This document shows, one piece after another, positions 1-9,651 of a DNA stretch of 64,000 nucleotides. Source of the stretch: an uncultured Clostridia bacterium (GTDB taxonomy: Bacteria > Bacillota > Clostridia > TANB77 > UBA1234). Position 1 is the stretch's first letter; every line of letters begins with the position of its first letter. Position numbers and translations under genes: made by a program. The notes under the pieces were generated by a model, which was not told the origin of the DNA, searched no databases, and saw only the letters and a program-made list of their open reading frames with translations. The DNA lies in NCBI GenBank assembly GCA_934149305.1, contig CAKPEF010000003.1, forward strand, positions 64,268 to 128,267, written 5' to 3'.

Positions 1-1519
1 ACTTTTAAGCAAAGGAATATTCGAAGAATTCTATGAAAAAATAGGCAACAATACATCGTTTGATGTAAAAGCGGCTAAAAAAGCATTTGAGGAAATGCTA
101 GATGCAGAAGAAAATATAGAAGTAGTATATAATGTAAAAGATTATCAAGTTTCATCAACAGGAAGCGCAATAGAATACGCAATAATAGATGATGAAAAAT
201 ATACTGCCAGAACATACATAGATTGCACACAAGATGCAGATATAACAGTTTCAGCAGGCGCAGAATACTTCATCGGTTGGGAAGATGTAAATGAAAAAAA
301 CAGAAGCATGTCAGCTACGCTTGTAATTCATATGGATAATGTTGACTGGGAAGAAGCATGCAAAGCAATAGATAAAGAAGGAAGACCAAATACAGGTTAT
401 ACAAATGACAGCATATGGGCATTCGGAAATATCACAGAGACATATGTGCCACTTCAAACAAACATGAGATTAAAAGGCCTAAATATAGGAAAGCAAAAAG
501 ATGGCAGTGTTTTAATAAATTCACTTCAAATAATAAATGCAGATATGTTGGATGCAGAATCAAAAGAAAGAGCATATAGTAAATGTAAAGAAGAAGCAGA
601 TAATCTGGCAAAATTTATAAAAGAAAAAGTACCAGGTTTCAAAAACTCGAAATTAGTTGGTGTTGCGCCAGAACTATATGTAAGAGAAACAAGACATATT
701 GTTGGAGAATACCAATTAACAGTTAAAGATATATTAGAATCAACATACTCTGCAAGTAGTATAGGAATGGCATGTTATCCAATAGATGTTCAAACGACAA
801 GCATATATGATTATGGATATATAATAGGCGCACCTATTCAATACAACTTGCCAATGGGAATAGTAATTCCAAAAGGTTTTACAAATTTATTAACAGTTGG
901 CCGTAGCGGTTCATATACATCAATTGCAGCAGGTTCTGCAAGAGTAATACCTACAGGAATGACACTTGGAGAATCGGCAGGAATAATGGCAGCTGTTGCA
1001 AAAGAAAGAAAAGTAGACTTTCAAAAAATGCTTAGTGATTATTCACTTATAAAAGACGTACAAACAAGAATGAAAATGCAGAACATGTATTTATCTAAAG
1101 AAGAAAAACCAGTAGTAGATGTCAATGGAAGATACTATAATTACATAATTGAAATGTGCGAAAAAGGAATATTAAGCTTAGGATATAGCAACACATTTAA
1201 TCCAGATGAGACAATGTCTGAAAGAGAATTTATAGTATTTTTACAAACATATCTAAAAAGAAGTTTCTTAGATGAACAATTTTGGAAAGTTGACCACATA
1301 AATCTATTAGATGCAAGTGAAAAACCAATAACACCAAATAGAGCAAAAGAAATAATGGCGGATATAACAACATACAATGTAAAAGACAATGCAGTAAGAG
1401 AAAAGATAGAAGATTATATAAAAACTGTAATGCCAATAGGAAAAGAAAACTTAACACTAGTAAGAGTATATGAAATAGCAACTCTATTAAAAAATAAGAT
1501 AGCAGGAATAAGCGAATAA
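1..1519 (+). CDS. FAD-dependent oxidoreductase family protein (pfam12831-like), 5' end lies outside window
   Basis: Frame 2 is open from base 2 with no stop before the listed ATG at 95; C-terminal FAD_oxidored-type motifs (TVGRSGSYTSIAAGSARVIPTGMTLGESAGIMAAVA); stop at 1517-1519. Confidence 0.75.
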   Translation, partial: LLSKGIFEEFYEKIGNNTSFDVKAAKKAFEEMLDAEENIEVVYNVKDYQVSSTGSAIEYAIIDDEKYTARTYIDCTQDADITVSAGAEYFIGWEDVNEKNRSMSATLVIHMDNVDWEEACKAIDKEGRPNTGYTNDSIWAFGNITETYVPLQTNMRLKGLNIGKQKDGSVLINSLQIINADMLDAESKERAYSKCKEEADNLAKFIKEKVPGFKNSKLVGVAPELYVRETRHIVGEYQLTVKDILESTYSASSIGMACYPIDVQTTSIYDYGYIIGAPIQYNLPMGIVIPKGFTNLLTVGRSGSYTSIAAGSARVIPTGMTLGESAGIMAAVAKERKVDFQKMLSDYSLIKDVQTRMKMQNMYLSKEEKPVVDVNGRYYNYIIEMCEKGILSLGYSNTFNPDETMSEREFIVFLQTYLKRSFLDEQFWKVDHINLLDASEKPITPNRAKEIMADITTYNVKDNAVREKIEDYIKTVMPIGKENLTLVRVYEIATLLKNKIAGISE

Positions 1520-1537
1520 ATTAAAAATTAAAAAAAC

Positions 1538-1566
1538 TTGACACAAATATAAAACCATGGTATCTT
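1538..1566 (+). promoter_or_regulatory. candidate sigma-A promoter (TTGACA-17-TATCTT) ahead of a structured leader
   Basis: TTGACA at 1538-1543, 17 nt spacer, TATCTT at 1561-1566; followed by about 170 nt leader with a small GGTGC..GCACC hairpin and an imperfect hairpin plus T7 run (about 1668-1705) before the GNAT gene. Confidence 0.3.
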
Positions 1567-1738
1567 TTAATTGTATTAGGAGTGCATTTAATACTTTAAA
1601 GTAGAGCAATGCAGGGTGCCGGTAGCACCTACACTAGAAGCGAATTAAATCTCGTGAAGGAGTCTTAATTATAAGATTTCTTTGCGAGTTTTTTTATGCA
1701 AATAGTTGTAAATCAAATTAAGAAAGGAGACGTTAAAC

Positions 1739-2302
1739 ATGAGATATTACAAAAAATTATTAGGAGAAAATATTTATTTATCACCCGTGAATGAAGACGA
1801 TGCAGAAATTTTTACAAAGTGGATGAATGATTTTGGTGTCACAGATTATATTGGCAGAAGTGATGCAATATTGACATTATCCGGCGAGAAAGAATGGTTA
1901 ACTTCTGCGATGTGTGATAAAAAATATATATTTTCAATAGTAAAAAATGAAGGAGATGAGTTAATCGGTAATATAGAATTAAATAGCATTAAACATGTTG
2001 ATAGAACCGCAACATTAGGAATAATGATTGGCGAAAACAAAGAAAGAAGCAAAGGATATGGTTTAGAAGCTATTAACTTATTACTAGATTTTGCATTTAA
2101 TTATTTGAATATGAATAGTGTAAACTTAGAAGTTTTAGAAGTAAATGAAAGAGCCAAAAGATGTTACGAAAAGGCGGGCTTTAAAATATTTGGAATCCAA
2201 AGAGAAAACAAATACATAGATGGAAAATATTACAATACTATTCATATGGATATATTAAAAGAAGAATTTAAAGGAAGTTATATAAAAAATAAAAATCTTT
2301 AG
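1739..2302 (+). CDS. GNAT family N-acetyltransferase (RimL-like)
   Basis: RBS AAGGAGA 8 nt upstream of ATG; GNAT motifs IGNIELNSIKHVDRTATLGIMIG ... KGYGLEAINLLLDFAF ... RCYEKAGFK. Confidence 0.8.
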   Translation: MRYYKKLLGENIYLSPVNEDDAEIFTKWMNDFGVTDYIGRSDAILTLSGEKEWLTSAMCDKKYIFSIVKNEGDELIGNIELNSIKHVDRTATLGIMIGENKERSKGYGLEAINLLLDFAFNYLNMNSVNLEVLEVNERAKRCYEKAGFKIFGIQRENKYIDGKYYNTIHMDILKEEFKGSYIKNKNL

Positions 2303-2397
2303 ATTCAAAACTTTTTCTTCTTATTGCAAAGGATAGATTGATTTTTAAAGCGAAATATTATATAATTTCTACATATTGTAAAAGTGGAGGAATAAAG

Positions 2398-4155
2398 ATG
2401 AAAGCAATAGAACTTAGAAGAAAATATATAGAATATTTTAAAAGAAACGGACACAAAGAAATACCAAGTGCACCAGTTGTTCCTGAAAATGACCCAACAG
2501 TGTTGTTTACAACAGCTGGAATGCATCCATTAGTTCCATATTTATTAGGTGAGCCACATCCACAAGGAAAAAGACTTACAGATTATCAAAAATGTATTAG
2601 AACAGGAGATATTGATTCAGTTGGGGATCCTTGTCATTTAACATATTTTGAAATGATGGGCAATTGGTCATTAGGAGATTATTTCAAAGATGAATCAATA
2701 AAAATGAGTTATAATTTCTTAAAAGATGAACTTGGCTTTGATATGGACAAAATATCTGTAACAGTATTTGCAGGTGAAGATGGAATACCAAGAGATGAAG
2801 AAGCAGCTAATGCATGGGCAAATATGGGAATACCAAGAGACAGAATCTTTTATTTAGGAAGAGAAGATAATTGGTGGGGACCAGCTGGTGAAACGGGTCC
2901 ATGTGGTCCAGACACAGAAATTTTCTTTGACACAGGAAAGCCAAAGTGTTCTGAAAACTGTAATCCATCATGTAGCTGTGGAAAGTATCTTGAGATTTGG
3001 AACAATGTATTTATGCAATACAATAAGACTAAAGATGGCAAATATGAGCCATTAAAGCAAAAAAATGTTGATACAGGTCTTGGACTTGAAAGAGTCATAA
3101 GCTTATTACAAGGAAAGAATAATGTGTATGAAACAGAGCTTTTTGCAGATGTAATAGCTAAAATACAAGAGCTTGCTAAAAACTTTAATATAAACAGTGC
3201 AAGAATAATAGCTGACCATTTAAGAGCATCTATATTTATGATAATAGATGGTGTTAGACCAAGCAATGTAGAGCAAGGATATGTTTTAAGAAGATTACTT
3301 CGTAGAGTTATTAGACATATGAGAAAAGTAGAAATAGATCCTAATGAGATAAGCACATTAGTAGAAAAATTTGTAGAAATTATGGCTGAAATGTATCCAG
3401 AAGTTCCTGCAAATAAAGATACAATAATAGAAGTAATAAGAGAAGAAAAAGATAAATTTGTAAAGACACTAGAACATGGTGAAAAAGAATTTATCAAAAA
3501 TGCAGAAAAAACAAAAGCAGAAGGTAAAGAAAAACTAGATGGAGAAGTAGTTTTTAGATTGTATGATACATTTGGTTTTCCACCAGAAATGACTGCAGAG
3601 TTAGCAGAAGAGAAAGGCTTAAAAATAGATATGAAAGAGTTTGAAGAATTATTCAAAAAGCATCAAGAAATATCTAGAGCTGGTTCTGAAGCTAAATTTA
3701 AAGGTGGACTTGCAGATCATAGTGAAAAAACTACAGCGTATCACACGGCAACTCACTTGTTACATAAAGCGTTACAGATTGTTTTGGGTGAGCATGCAAC
3801 ACAAAAGGGCTCAAATATAACAGCAGAAAGATTAAGATTTGACTTTATGAATCCTCAAAAACTTACACCAGAAGAATTAAAAAGAGTTGAGGATATAGTA
3901 AACGAACAAATCCAAAGAGATTTGCCAGTAACATGCGAAGAAATGTCATTAGAAGATGCGCAAAAATCTGGTGCTACAGGTCTATTTGTAAACAAATATG
4001 GTGATAAAGTAAAAGTTTATACAATAGGAGACTTTAGTAAAGAGATTTGTGGTGGACCTCATGTAGATAGAACAGGAAAACTAGGACATTTTAAAATAAT
4101 AAAAGAAGAAGCTGTATCAGCGGGTGTACGTAGAATAAAAGCAATATTAGAATAA
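2398..4155 (+). CDS. alaS: alanine--tRNA ligase-like protein, compact form (catalytic, tRNA-recognition and short editing domains; no C-Ala domain)
   Basis: GGAGG RBS then ATG 2398 (the track start at 2338 is TTG with no RBS); class II AlaRS N-terminus ELRRKYIEYFKRNGHKEIPSAPVVP..DPTVLFTTAGM, FEMMGNWSLGDYFK, GLGLERV; editing-domain HxxxH and CGGPH motifs (HTATHLLHKAL .. ICGGPHVDRTG); ends at 586 aa versus roughly 870 aa for canonical bacterial AlaRS. Confidence 0.8.
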   Translation: MKAIELRRKYIEYFKRNGHKEIPSAPVVPENDPTVLFTTAGMHPLVPYLLGEPHPQGKRLTDYQKCIRTGDIDSVGDPCHLTYFEMMGNWSLGDYFKDESIKMSYNFLKDELGFDMDKISVTVFAGEDGIPRDEEAANAWANMGIPRDRIFYLGREDNWWGPAGETGPCGPDTEIFFDTGKPKCSENCNPSCSCGKYLEIWNNVFMQYNKTKDGKYEPLKQKNVDTGLGLERVISLLQGKNNVYETELFADVIAKIQELAKNFNINSARIIADHLRASIFMIIDGVRPSNVEQGYVLRRLLRRVIRHMRKVEIDPNEISTLVEKFVEIMAEMYPEVPANKDTIIEVIREEKDKFVKTLEHGEKEFIKNAEKTKAEGKEKLDGEVVFRLYDTFGFPPEMTAELAEEKGLKIDMKEFEELFKKHQEISRAGSEAKFKGGLADHSEKTTAYHTATHLLHKALQIVLGEHATQKGSNITAERLRFDFMNPQKLTPEELKRVEDIVNEQIQRDLPVTCEEMSLEDAQKSGATGLFVNKYGDKVKVYTIGDFSKEICGGPHVDRTGKLGHFKIIKEEAVSAGVRRIKAILE

Positions 4156-4191
4156 AACTTTCGTGTTGCTTATAAAACGAAAATATAAAAA

Positions 4192-4221
4192 TAGGCGACT
4201 TACAAAAGTCGTCTATTTTTA
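4192..4221 (+). terminator. rho-independent terminator
   Basis: AGGCGACTT-acaa-AAGTCGTCT hairpin followed by a T-run. Confidence 0.7.
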
Positions 4222-4387
4222 AATAATGAAAGATAATTAAAAGCAGAAATTTGTTGCAGAAAAAGATTAGTAATAGTTGATATTATCATAGTTCAGTCTT
4301 TAAAAATGAAAAGAGGATATTGAATGTAATTATATTCTATAAAATTTAAGAAAGGAGAGGCACTATACTTAATATAAATTATTATAG

Positions 4388-4744
4388 ATGCCAAATAAAA
4401 ATATGGAGTGTATATTTTGTAAAATAGCAAATCATGAAATACCATCAAACATAGTGTTTGAAAATGAATATGTGGTAGCATTTGAAGATTTAAATCCAGT
4501 TGCAAAGGTGCATGTTTTGGTTGTTCCTAAAAAGCACATAGATTCTTTAATGAAAGTTGAATTAGATGACTTAAAATATATTACTGAAATACACAAGGCG
4601 ATAAAAGAAGTGGCAAAAATAAAAAATATAGATGAAAGTGGATTTAGAGTAATAACAAACATAGGAGAAGATGGAGGACAAAGCGTAAAACACCTTCATT
4701 ATCATGTGATAGGAGGAGAAAAATTGCCTGAAAAATTAGCATAA
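4388..4744 (+). CDS. histidine triad (HIT) family protein
   Basis: CIFCKI..HVLVVPKKH..HLHYHVIGG HIT motifs; the start could alternatively be ATG 4403 (MECIFCKI), neither has a strong RBS. Confidence 0.75.
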   Translation: MPNKNMECIFCKIANHEIPSNIVFENEYVVAFEDLNPVAKVHVLVVPKKHIDSLMKVELDDLKYITEIHKAIKEVAKIKNIDESGFRVITNIGEDGGQSVKHLHYHVIGGEKLPEKLA

Positions 4745-4807
4745 ATTGGCGGTTTTAGAATGACTAAAAAACTACAAAAATAAAAATGAAAAAAATCAAA
4801 AAAAATG

Positions 4808-4836
4808 TTGACAAGTATGGGTAATTCGAGTATACT
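4808..4836 (+). promoter_or_regulatory. sigma-A promoter for the tRNA pair (TTGACA-17-TATACT)
   Basis: Consensus -35 TTGACA 4808-4813 and -10 TATACT 4831-4836, about 17 nt before tRNA +1. Confidence 0.7.
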
Positions 4837-4853
4837 TTTATTTGTCAGCTGAT

Positions 4854-4930
4854 GGATCTTTAGCTCAGTTGGTTAGAGCAACCGGCTCATAACCGGTCGG
4901 TCCGGGGTTCGAGTCCCTGAAGATCCACCA
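4854..4930 (+). tRNA. tRNA-Met (CAT anticodon, elongator-type; could also be the lysidine tRNA-Ile2)
   Basis: Cloverleaf: acceptor GGATCTT/AAGATCC with G1:C72, anticodon loop cuCAUaa, T-loop GGTTCGAGTCC, encoded CCA. Confidence 0.85.
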
Positions 4931-4948
4931 AGACAAATAATTTAATAT

Positions 4949-5033
<85 letters not shown>

Positions 5034-5035
5034 AA

Positions 5036-5068
5036 AAGCGAGTATCCAAAAGGTACTCGCTTTTTTTC
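5036..5068 (+). terminator. rho-independent terminator after tRNA-Tyr
   Basis: AGCGAGTACC-aaaag-GTACTCGCT hairpin plus T7. Confidence 0.8.
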
Positions 5069-5263
5069 CATTTGCTTTTATATCATTATTCAGCCAGTAG
5101 AACTTGTAATTTTATGTTAAATGATGTACAATATAGCAATATAGGAACTATTCTATATTACTTACCCAGTTTTCACTAATTAGTGAGGGGGATTTCCTCT
5201 AACTTTTGGCTTTAAAATATATAACAATTAACCAACAATAAAAGAATTTAGGAGGACTTAATT

Positions 5264-5524
5264 ATGGATGAAAAGAAACGGAGTATTTGTAATATTTGCA
5301 GTATTGTAGGAAATGTCTCACTTTTAGTGTACCTTATCTTAACGGTTGTAGGAAGCACCCCCTACTTATTAGCAATTAGGTTAATATTTGCCGGTATAGC
5401 AGCAGTAGCCTATGCTATTAAGTTGGGCGTAGAGATTTCAAGAGAAGAAACTTGGGGAAACTCAGCATTCATGATTACAATCTGCTTAGTTGATATTGTA
5501 GTTACTGCAATGCAATTAGGATAG
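5264..5524 (+). CDS. hypothetical small membrane protein (2 predicted TM helices)
   Basis: AGGAGG RBS 9 nt upstream; hydrophobic helices LLVYLILTVVGSTPYLLAI / FAGIAAVAYAI. Confidence 0.55.
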   Translation: MDEKKRSICNICSIVGNVSLLVYLILTVVGSTPYLLAIRLIFAGIAAVAYAIKLGVEISREETWGNSAFMITICLVDIVVTAMQLG

Positions 5525-5688
5525 CTTTCAGCAGAAAAGAAAATATTTTCTTTCCCTCTTTCAAGGGGTTCTTTTTTTGTCATAGTTGCGAATAGTAAAA
5601 TTGTAAAACATATTTTATGTATAAAATCGTTAATAAGGCTATGTTTATTGTTGTTGATACCTTTTTGTGTATGCTAGCATATGTGTCA

Positions 5689-5717
5689 TTGACAAAAAAT
5701 ACAAGTTGTTATACAAT
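5689..5717 (+). promoter_or_regulatory. sigma-A promoter (TTGACA-17-TACAAT)
   Basis: Near-consensus hexamers about 60 nt upstream of ATG 5777. Confidence 0.6.
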
Positions 5718-5776
5718 GCTCACTAGCAGATCCAAATTATTGCATATCCCAAAATGATTATTTAAGGAGAAAAAAC

Positions 5777-6667
5777 ATGGAAAAAACTTGGAATGCTCCT
5801 GTACTTGGAGCTGGCATGTATCCGGTAAACTTCGTAGGCCAAGCAGCTATAAGTGAGCAGAATACTGGTTGGGAAAGAACGACGGTAAATAAGTGGGATT
5901 ATAACTACGAAGATGAGAAAGAATTAGACGAAAAAGAAAAAAGAAAATGGGCAAATGCAGAAACGGAAGATGGAAGTCTTTATGTTTGGATTCCAAGGTA
6001 TACTTATAGACGGGAGGAGAAATCACATTTAAAATTTAGCGACTACGAGGTCAATAGGTATTCTATTAAATTTAGTAACGGTACAGTAGATGATACTTCT
6101 GATGGCTTTAAATCGCATCCAGCATTTACTTTTGGCAAAGAGGAACTCACTGGATTTTGGGTTTCGAAATTCAAGGCAGGTAAAGAAAATGAAAGTGTGA
6201 ATTACAAATATTTCAAACCTGTTTCAAAGCCGTTTAAGCAAAAGCTATTCTATTCGAATGATGAGCCATATGAGTTTATAAGAGCATATAACCTAAATAG
6301 AACACTCGATTCTCATATGATGAAAACGATTGAGTATTCGGCTATGAGAATTATTTCTATTAGCATAGGATTTTATGATGTGATACATGGTCTCAATTCA
6401 TACGAGACTGGTGTATATGGAGTTGACGAAGGACATTTTGAAACGCCATTAAAGTATGGATACTTAGCAGCACCTGTAAATACTACATGTAACATATATG
6501 GAATATATGATTTCGATACAAGAGATCATGTATATAAAGAGATATTTGTGAATAATGTAGAAGATGCTCCAGAACTTATGAAAGTAGAGAGAAAATATAG
6601 AGGTGTTCCTAAGTATTCATATCCTATATCATATTATATAGTCTTGGCAATTCCAACAGTAGGCTAA
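5777..6667 (+). CDS. hypothetical protein (296 aa, Trp/Tyr-rich, no family recognised)
   Basis: AAGGAG RBS 8 nt upstream; long ORF with coding-like composition; followed by hairpin terminator. Confidence 0.6.
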   Translation: MEKTWNAPVLGAGMYPVNFVGQAAISEQNTGWERTTVNKWDYNYEDEKELDEKEKRKWANAETEDGSLYVWIPRYTYRREEKSHLKFSDYEVNRYSIKFSNGTVDDTSDGFKSHPAFTFGKEELTGFWVSKFKAGKENESVNYKYFKPVSKPFKQKLFYSNDEPYEFIRAYNLNRTLDSHMMKTIEYSAMRIISISIGFYDVIHGLNSYETGVYGVDEGHFETPLKYGYLAAPVNTTCNIYGIYDFDTRDHVYKEIFVNNVEDAPELMKVERKYRGVPKYSYPISYYIVLAIPTVG

Positions 6668-6677
6668 TTTATTAAAA

Positions 6678-6708
6678 GTGCTAAGTGTAAAATCTTAGCA
6701 CTTTTTTA
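6678..6708 (+). terminator. rho-independent terminator
   Basis: AAGTGCTAAG-tgtaaaatc-TTAGCACTT hairpin plus TTTTT. Confidence 0.7.
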
Positions 6709-6816
6709 TGCCTTAATTATTGCTAAAACTTGAAATTTCTAAGATTATGTGGTATATTTTACCTCGAAGAAGCCATTTTAAAATCCCAATATTATAATTA
6801 AATTAGGAGGATAGTA

Positions 6817-7128
6817 ATGGGAAGCTATACATCGGAACTAAAAAAATTGTTTATGGGGTCTATCAAGTATGCGGAGCCACCTGCTTGTATGTTATTGAAA
6901 AATGGCGCAGTTATCGAGATAAGAAGAGGTAATATTTCTACTTTTAGAGGAGAAAAAAACTTTGACAGGTATTATGGTTTGGCACTTGTAATGTCCACTG
7001 ATGAAAGTTTGAAGAGGTTATATAACCTTTTAAATGAAGGAGAGCAAAAAGAACTTTGCCTGGCTTGTATTCTCTTAAGAAAAGAATCCGCTAAGCGCAC
7101 ACTCGACTTTTTTAGTGAAATAAACTAA
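6817..7128 (+). CDS. hypothetical protein (103 aa)
   Basis: AGGAGG RBS 7 nt upstream; followed by terminator AAACACCAG..CTGGTGTTTTT (7131-7176). Confidence 0.55.
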   Translation: MGSYTSELKKLFMGSIKYAEPPACMLLKNGAVIEIRRGNISTFRGEKNFDRYYGLALVMSTDESLKRLYNLLNEGEQKELCLACILLRKESAKRTLDFFSEIN

Positions 7129-7247
7129 AAGAAAAACACCAGTAAAGAAGATAATTTCTTGCTGGTGTTTTTGTATATCATATGAATATGTATTTTGTAA
7201 TTTTTTTGTATTATGATTAGTATAATTAACCTAGGGAGGTAGGTTAC

Positions 7248-8097
7248 ATGAAATTAGGTATGTGTTTAAGTGGCGGTGGCATTAAGGGAGCTGCTCATAT
7301 TGGCGTTTTAAAAGCATTTGAAGAACATAATATAAAAATAGATATGATTTCAGGAGCTTCTTCACGGAAGTATTGTTGCAACACTGTTTGCAGAGGGGTA
7401 TTGCGTAAATGACATTTATGATATTTTTAAAAGCTATGCAAAAAAGATAAAATACTTTGAATATAAAAATATTATAAAACTATTAGGCGGAATTATCTTT
7501 AAAGGAGAAATTGCAATAACAGGGCTTTCATCAGGTAATAAAATAGAAAAATATATAAAAGACTTTAGTGATAAAAAGAATATTCATACGATAACGGATA
7601 TAGATTTTCCTTTATTTATTAGTAGTGTAAATTTGACAAGTGGTGATACGTATATTTTTACTTCACAAGGCTTGATAAAAGATAACAAAGTAAAATATTC
7701 AAACAAAATAGATATTTCAAAGGCGGTTAGAGCAAGTTGCAGTTATCCTGGGGTATTTGAGCCATGTAAAATAAATGGAACAGAATTTGTAGATGGAGGA
7801 ATAAGAGAGAATATACCATGGAGGGTTTTAAAATATTATGGAGCAGATAAAGTAGTATCTGTATCTTTTGAAAGTAATGGGCTAAAAGAATGTTGCAAAA
7901 ATATGTTAAATGTTATAGATTGCTCTTTTGATTATGCAATGCAAGAGTTAAAAGAATATGAACTTTATGGAAACACAGAGGTCATAGAAGTTGAAACTGA
8001 AAAAATAAATTTATTAGATGCGAGTAAGATTGATGAACTCTATGAAATTGGTTATAGAGCTGGAAAAGGGTATATAAAAAGTAATTTCAAAATTTAG
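7248..8097 (+). CDS. patatin-like phospholipase, reading frame interrupted by a 1-nt insertion near 7365
   Basis: AGGGAGGTAGG RBS; N-terminus MKLGMCLSGGGIKGAAHIGVLKAF, then GASS-RKYCC..stop; deleting the C at 7365 restores GASSGSIVATLFAEGY (GxSxG lipase motif) and joins to the 7633-8097 frame (..DGGIRENIPW Asp motif). Confidence 0.8.
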
Positions 8098-8180
8098 TTG
8101 AATGTAATAAAGGACTAGTATATAATGGTTGTAGTGACTTAGGATAAATAAAGTTAGATGTTTTATTGGAGGATTGTTTA

Positions 8181-8681
8181 ATGAATGAAAATATAATATC
8201 TAGAAACTTTGAAACAGCTAGAAAAATGAAATGTTATCAAAAAGAAAATATCGTATATGGAACTGTGAAGAGCATAAAGCCTTATGGAGCATTTATTGAA
8301 GTTTCAAAAAATGTCGTTGGACTTTTACATATAAATGATATATCAAATTCGAGAATAAATAGACCAGAAGACAGATTAAGGATAGGAAGCAAAATAAAAG
8401 CTAAGGTTAAAAATTATGATTCAAATACAGGCCGCCTAGTGTTAACAACGAAAGAATTGTATGGTACATGGGAAGAAAATATAAAAGACTTTAAAGAAAA
8501 TACAATAGTAAAAGGAATAGTTAGAAATAAAGACAAATATGGTGTGTTCGTAGAGCTTAAGCCTAACCTTGTCGGTTTGGCAGAATATAAAGGCTATGTT
8601 TCATACGGGGATAAAGTTAATGTTTTTATTAAGAAAATCTCTGAAGAAACAAAAAAGGTTAAACTAGTTATTGTAGATTAA
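8181..8681 (+). CDS. S1 RNA-binding domain protein (two tandem S1 domains)
   Basis: GGAGG 8168-8172 then ATG 8181 (the track start 8166 is TTG inside the RBS); two repeats of the GxV..I.P.GAF(V)EL.....GL.H S1 pattern. Confidence 0.7.
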   Translation: MNENIISRNFETARKMKCYQKENIVYGTVKSIKPYGAFIEVSKNVVGLLHINDISNSRINRPEDRLRIGSKIKAKVKNYDSNTGRLVLTTKELYGTWEENIKDFKENTIVKGIVRNKDKYGVFVELKPNLVGLAEYKGYVSYGDKVNVFIKKISEETKKVKLVIVD

Positions 8682-8706
8682 CTTTTAATTAAAAGGAGGA
8701 AGAAAA

Positions 8707-9651
8707 ATGATAGAAGATAACGCTATTAAAGCACCAAAATCGCCGTTTGCGATGAGGGAGAATGAAATCAAGGTTTTTGATGGTAAAGATGGATATGCCT
8801 CAATTGATCAGGTCGTATTTAAAATCAACATGGGGTATATAAATGAATTGCATTTTCAGATAATGGAAATAATTAACGAGTTTGAGTTTATTACATCGAG
8901 ACAAATATTCCAAATGCTAGCAATTAAAGGAATTGAAATAAAATCTCAAGATAAACTTAACAAAAAATTAGAAGACATGATAAAAAGCAAAATTATAACA
9001 AGATACTATTTTTCTAGTGATGAGGGAAAGGGTATATATCGTGTATATTGCTTAGATAAAGTAGCAAAATATCTTTTGAATTCTAGAGGAATAAAGACGA
9101 ATTGGCAACCAACAGATAACACAAAACCAGTTTATATGCTAAAAAGAAGACTTGCTGGAAATCAAGTAATAATCGCATATATGCAAAAAGTAGCAGCATT
9201 TAAGAGTTTTAATATTTCTCCAATGATGTTTGCCAAAAGACAAAATATAAAATTCCAACCATCTGGCGGTGGTGTAACACTATTAAAAAACGACATAAAA
9301 GTTGATTTCGTTTTTGAAGTTGTTAGAAGAAATCCAGGTTGGGAAGAAAAGTTCATGGAAAAGATCAAATTATTTGAAGAATTCTACATGAATTATCAAG
9401 CAAAAGATTGTGGCTTTGACAAAAAGCCTCAACTAGTCATAATTGGTGAAGATGATGAGCATTTAATTGAAATCTTTAAGGCGATAAAAAAGGTAAAAGC
9501 AGAATTTAATGGAATTGAAGTATATTATTCAACAGATTTAAGACAATTAGAAAACGATATAGACAAAACTTTAATTGCATTCAAACAAGACACAGAAACA
9601 GGTAGATATAGAATGGAAATGCAACAAATACCTTTACTTTCAAGCAAATAG
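8707..9651 (+). CDS. hypothetical protein with N-terminal winged-helix, replication-relaxation-family-like (tentative)
   Basis: AAGGAGG RBS; N-terminal LHFQIMEIINEFEFITSRQIFQML...KLNKKLEDMIKSKIITRYYF resembles the wHTH pattern of plasmid/ICE replication-relaxation proteins; assignment from memory only. Confidence 0.4.
   Translation: MIEDNAIKAPKSPFAMRENEIKVFDGKDGYASIDQVVFKINMGYINELHFQIMEIINEFEFITSRQIFQMLAIKGIEIKSQDKLNKKLEDMIKSKIITRYYFSSDEGKGIYRVYCLDKVAKYLLNSRGIKTNWQPTDNTKPVYMLKRRLAGNQVIIAYMQKVAAFKSFNISPMMFAKRQNIKFQPSGGGVTLLKNDIKVDFVFEVVRRNPGWEEKFMEKIKLFEEFYMNYQAKDCGFDKKPQLVIIGEDDEHLIEIFKAIKKVKAEFNGIEVYYSTDLRQLENDIDKTLIAFKQDTETGRYRMEMQQIPLLSSK

Noticed and set aside
2338-2397. Upstream TTG/GTG starts proposed by the ORF track (2338, 8166, 15182, 24149, 29714, 34485, 53706, 57000, 59861)
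   Set aside because: Each lacks a Shine-Dalgarno and/or overlaps the real RBS. A downstream ATG or TTG with a well-spaced GGAGG-type RBS and a conserved protein N-terminus is preferred.
2303-2397. T-box leader upstream of the alaS-like gene
   Set aside because: The region has no specifier-loop or T-box consensus (AATTAGGGTGGNACCGCG) and is too short at about 95 nt.
2850-3656. Long antisense ORFs in the track (2850-3656, 55382-56038, 40614-41198, 12802-13044 and others)
   Set aside because: They lie wholly inside strongly supported sense-strand genes (alaS-like, P-type ATPase, rSAM, T4CP-like). They have low-complexity S/L/F-rich translations typical of antisense AT-rich DNA and no RBS.
5080-5260. 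Integration att site (direct repeat of the tRNA-Tyr 3' end) flanking the hypothetical-gene block
   Set aside because: I could not find a second copy of the tRNA 3' segment by eye near 9.6-9.7 kb, so the island boundary is not demonstrated.
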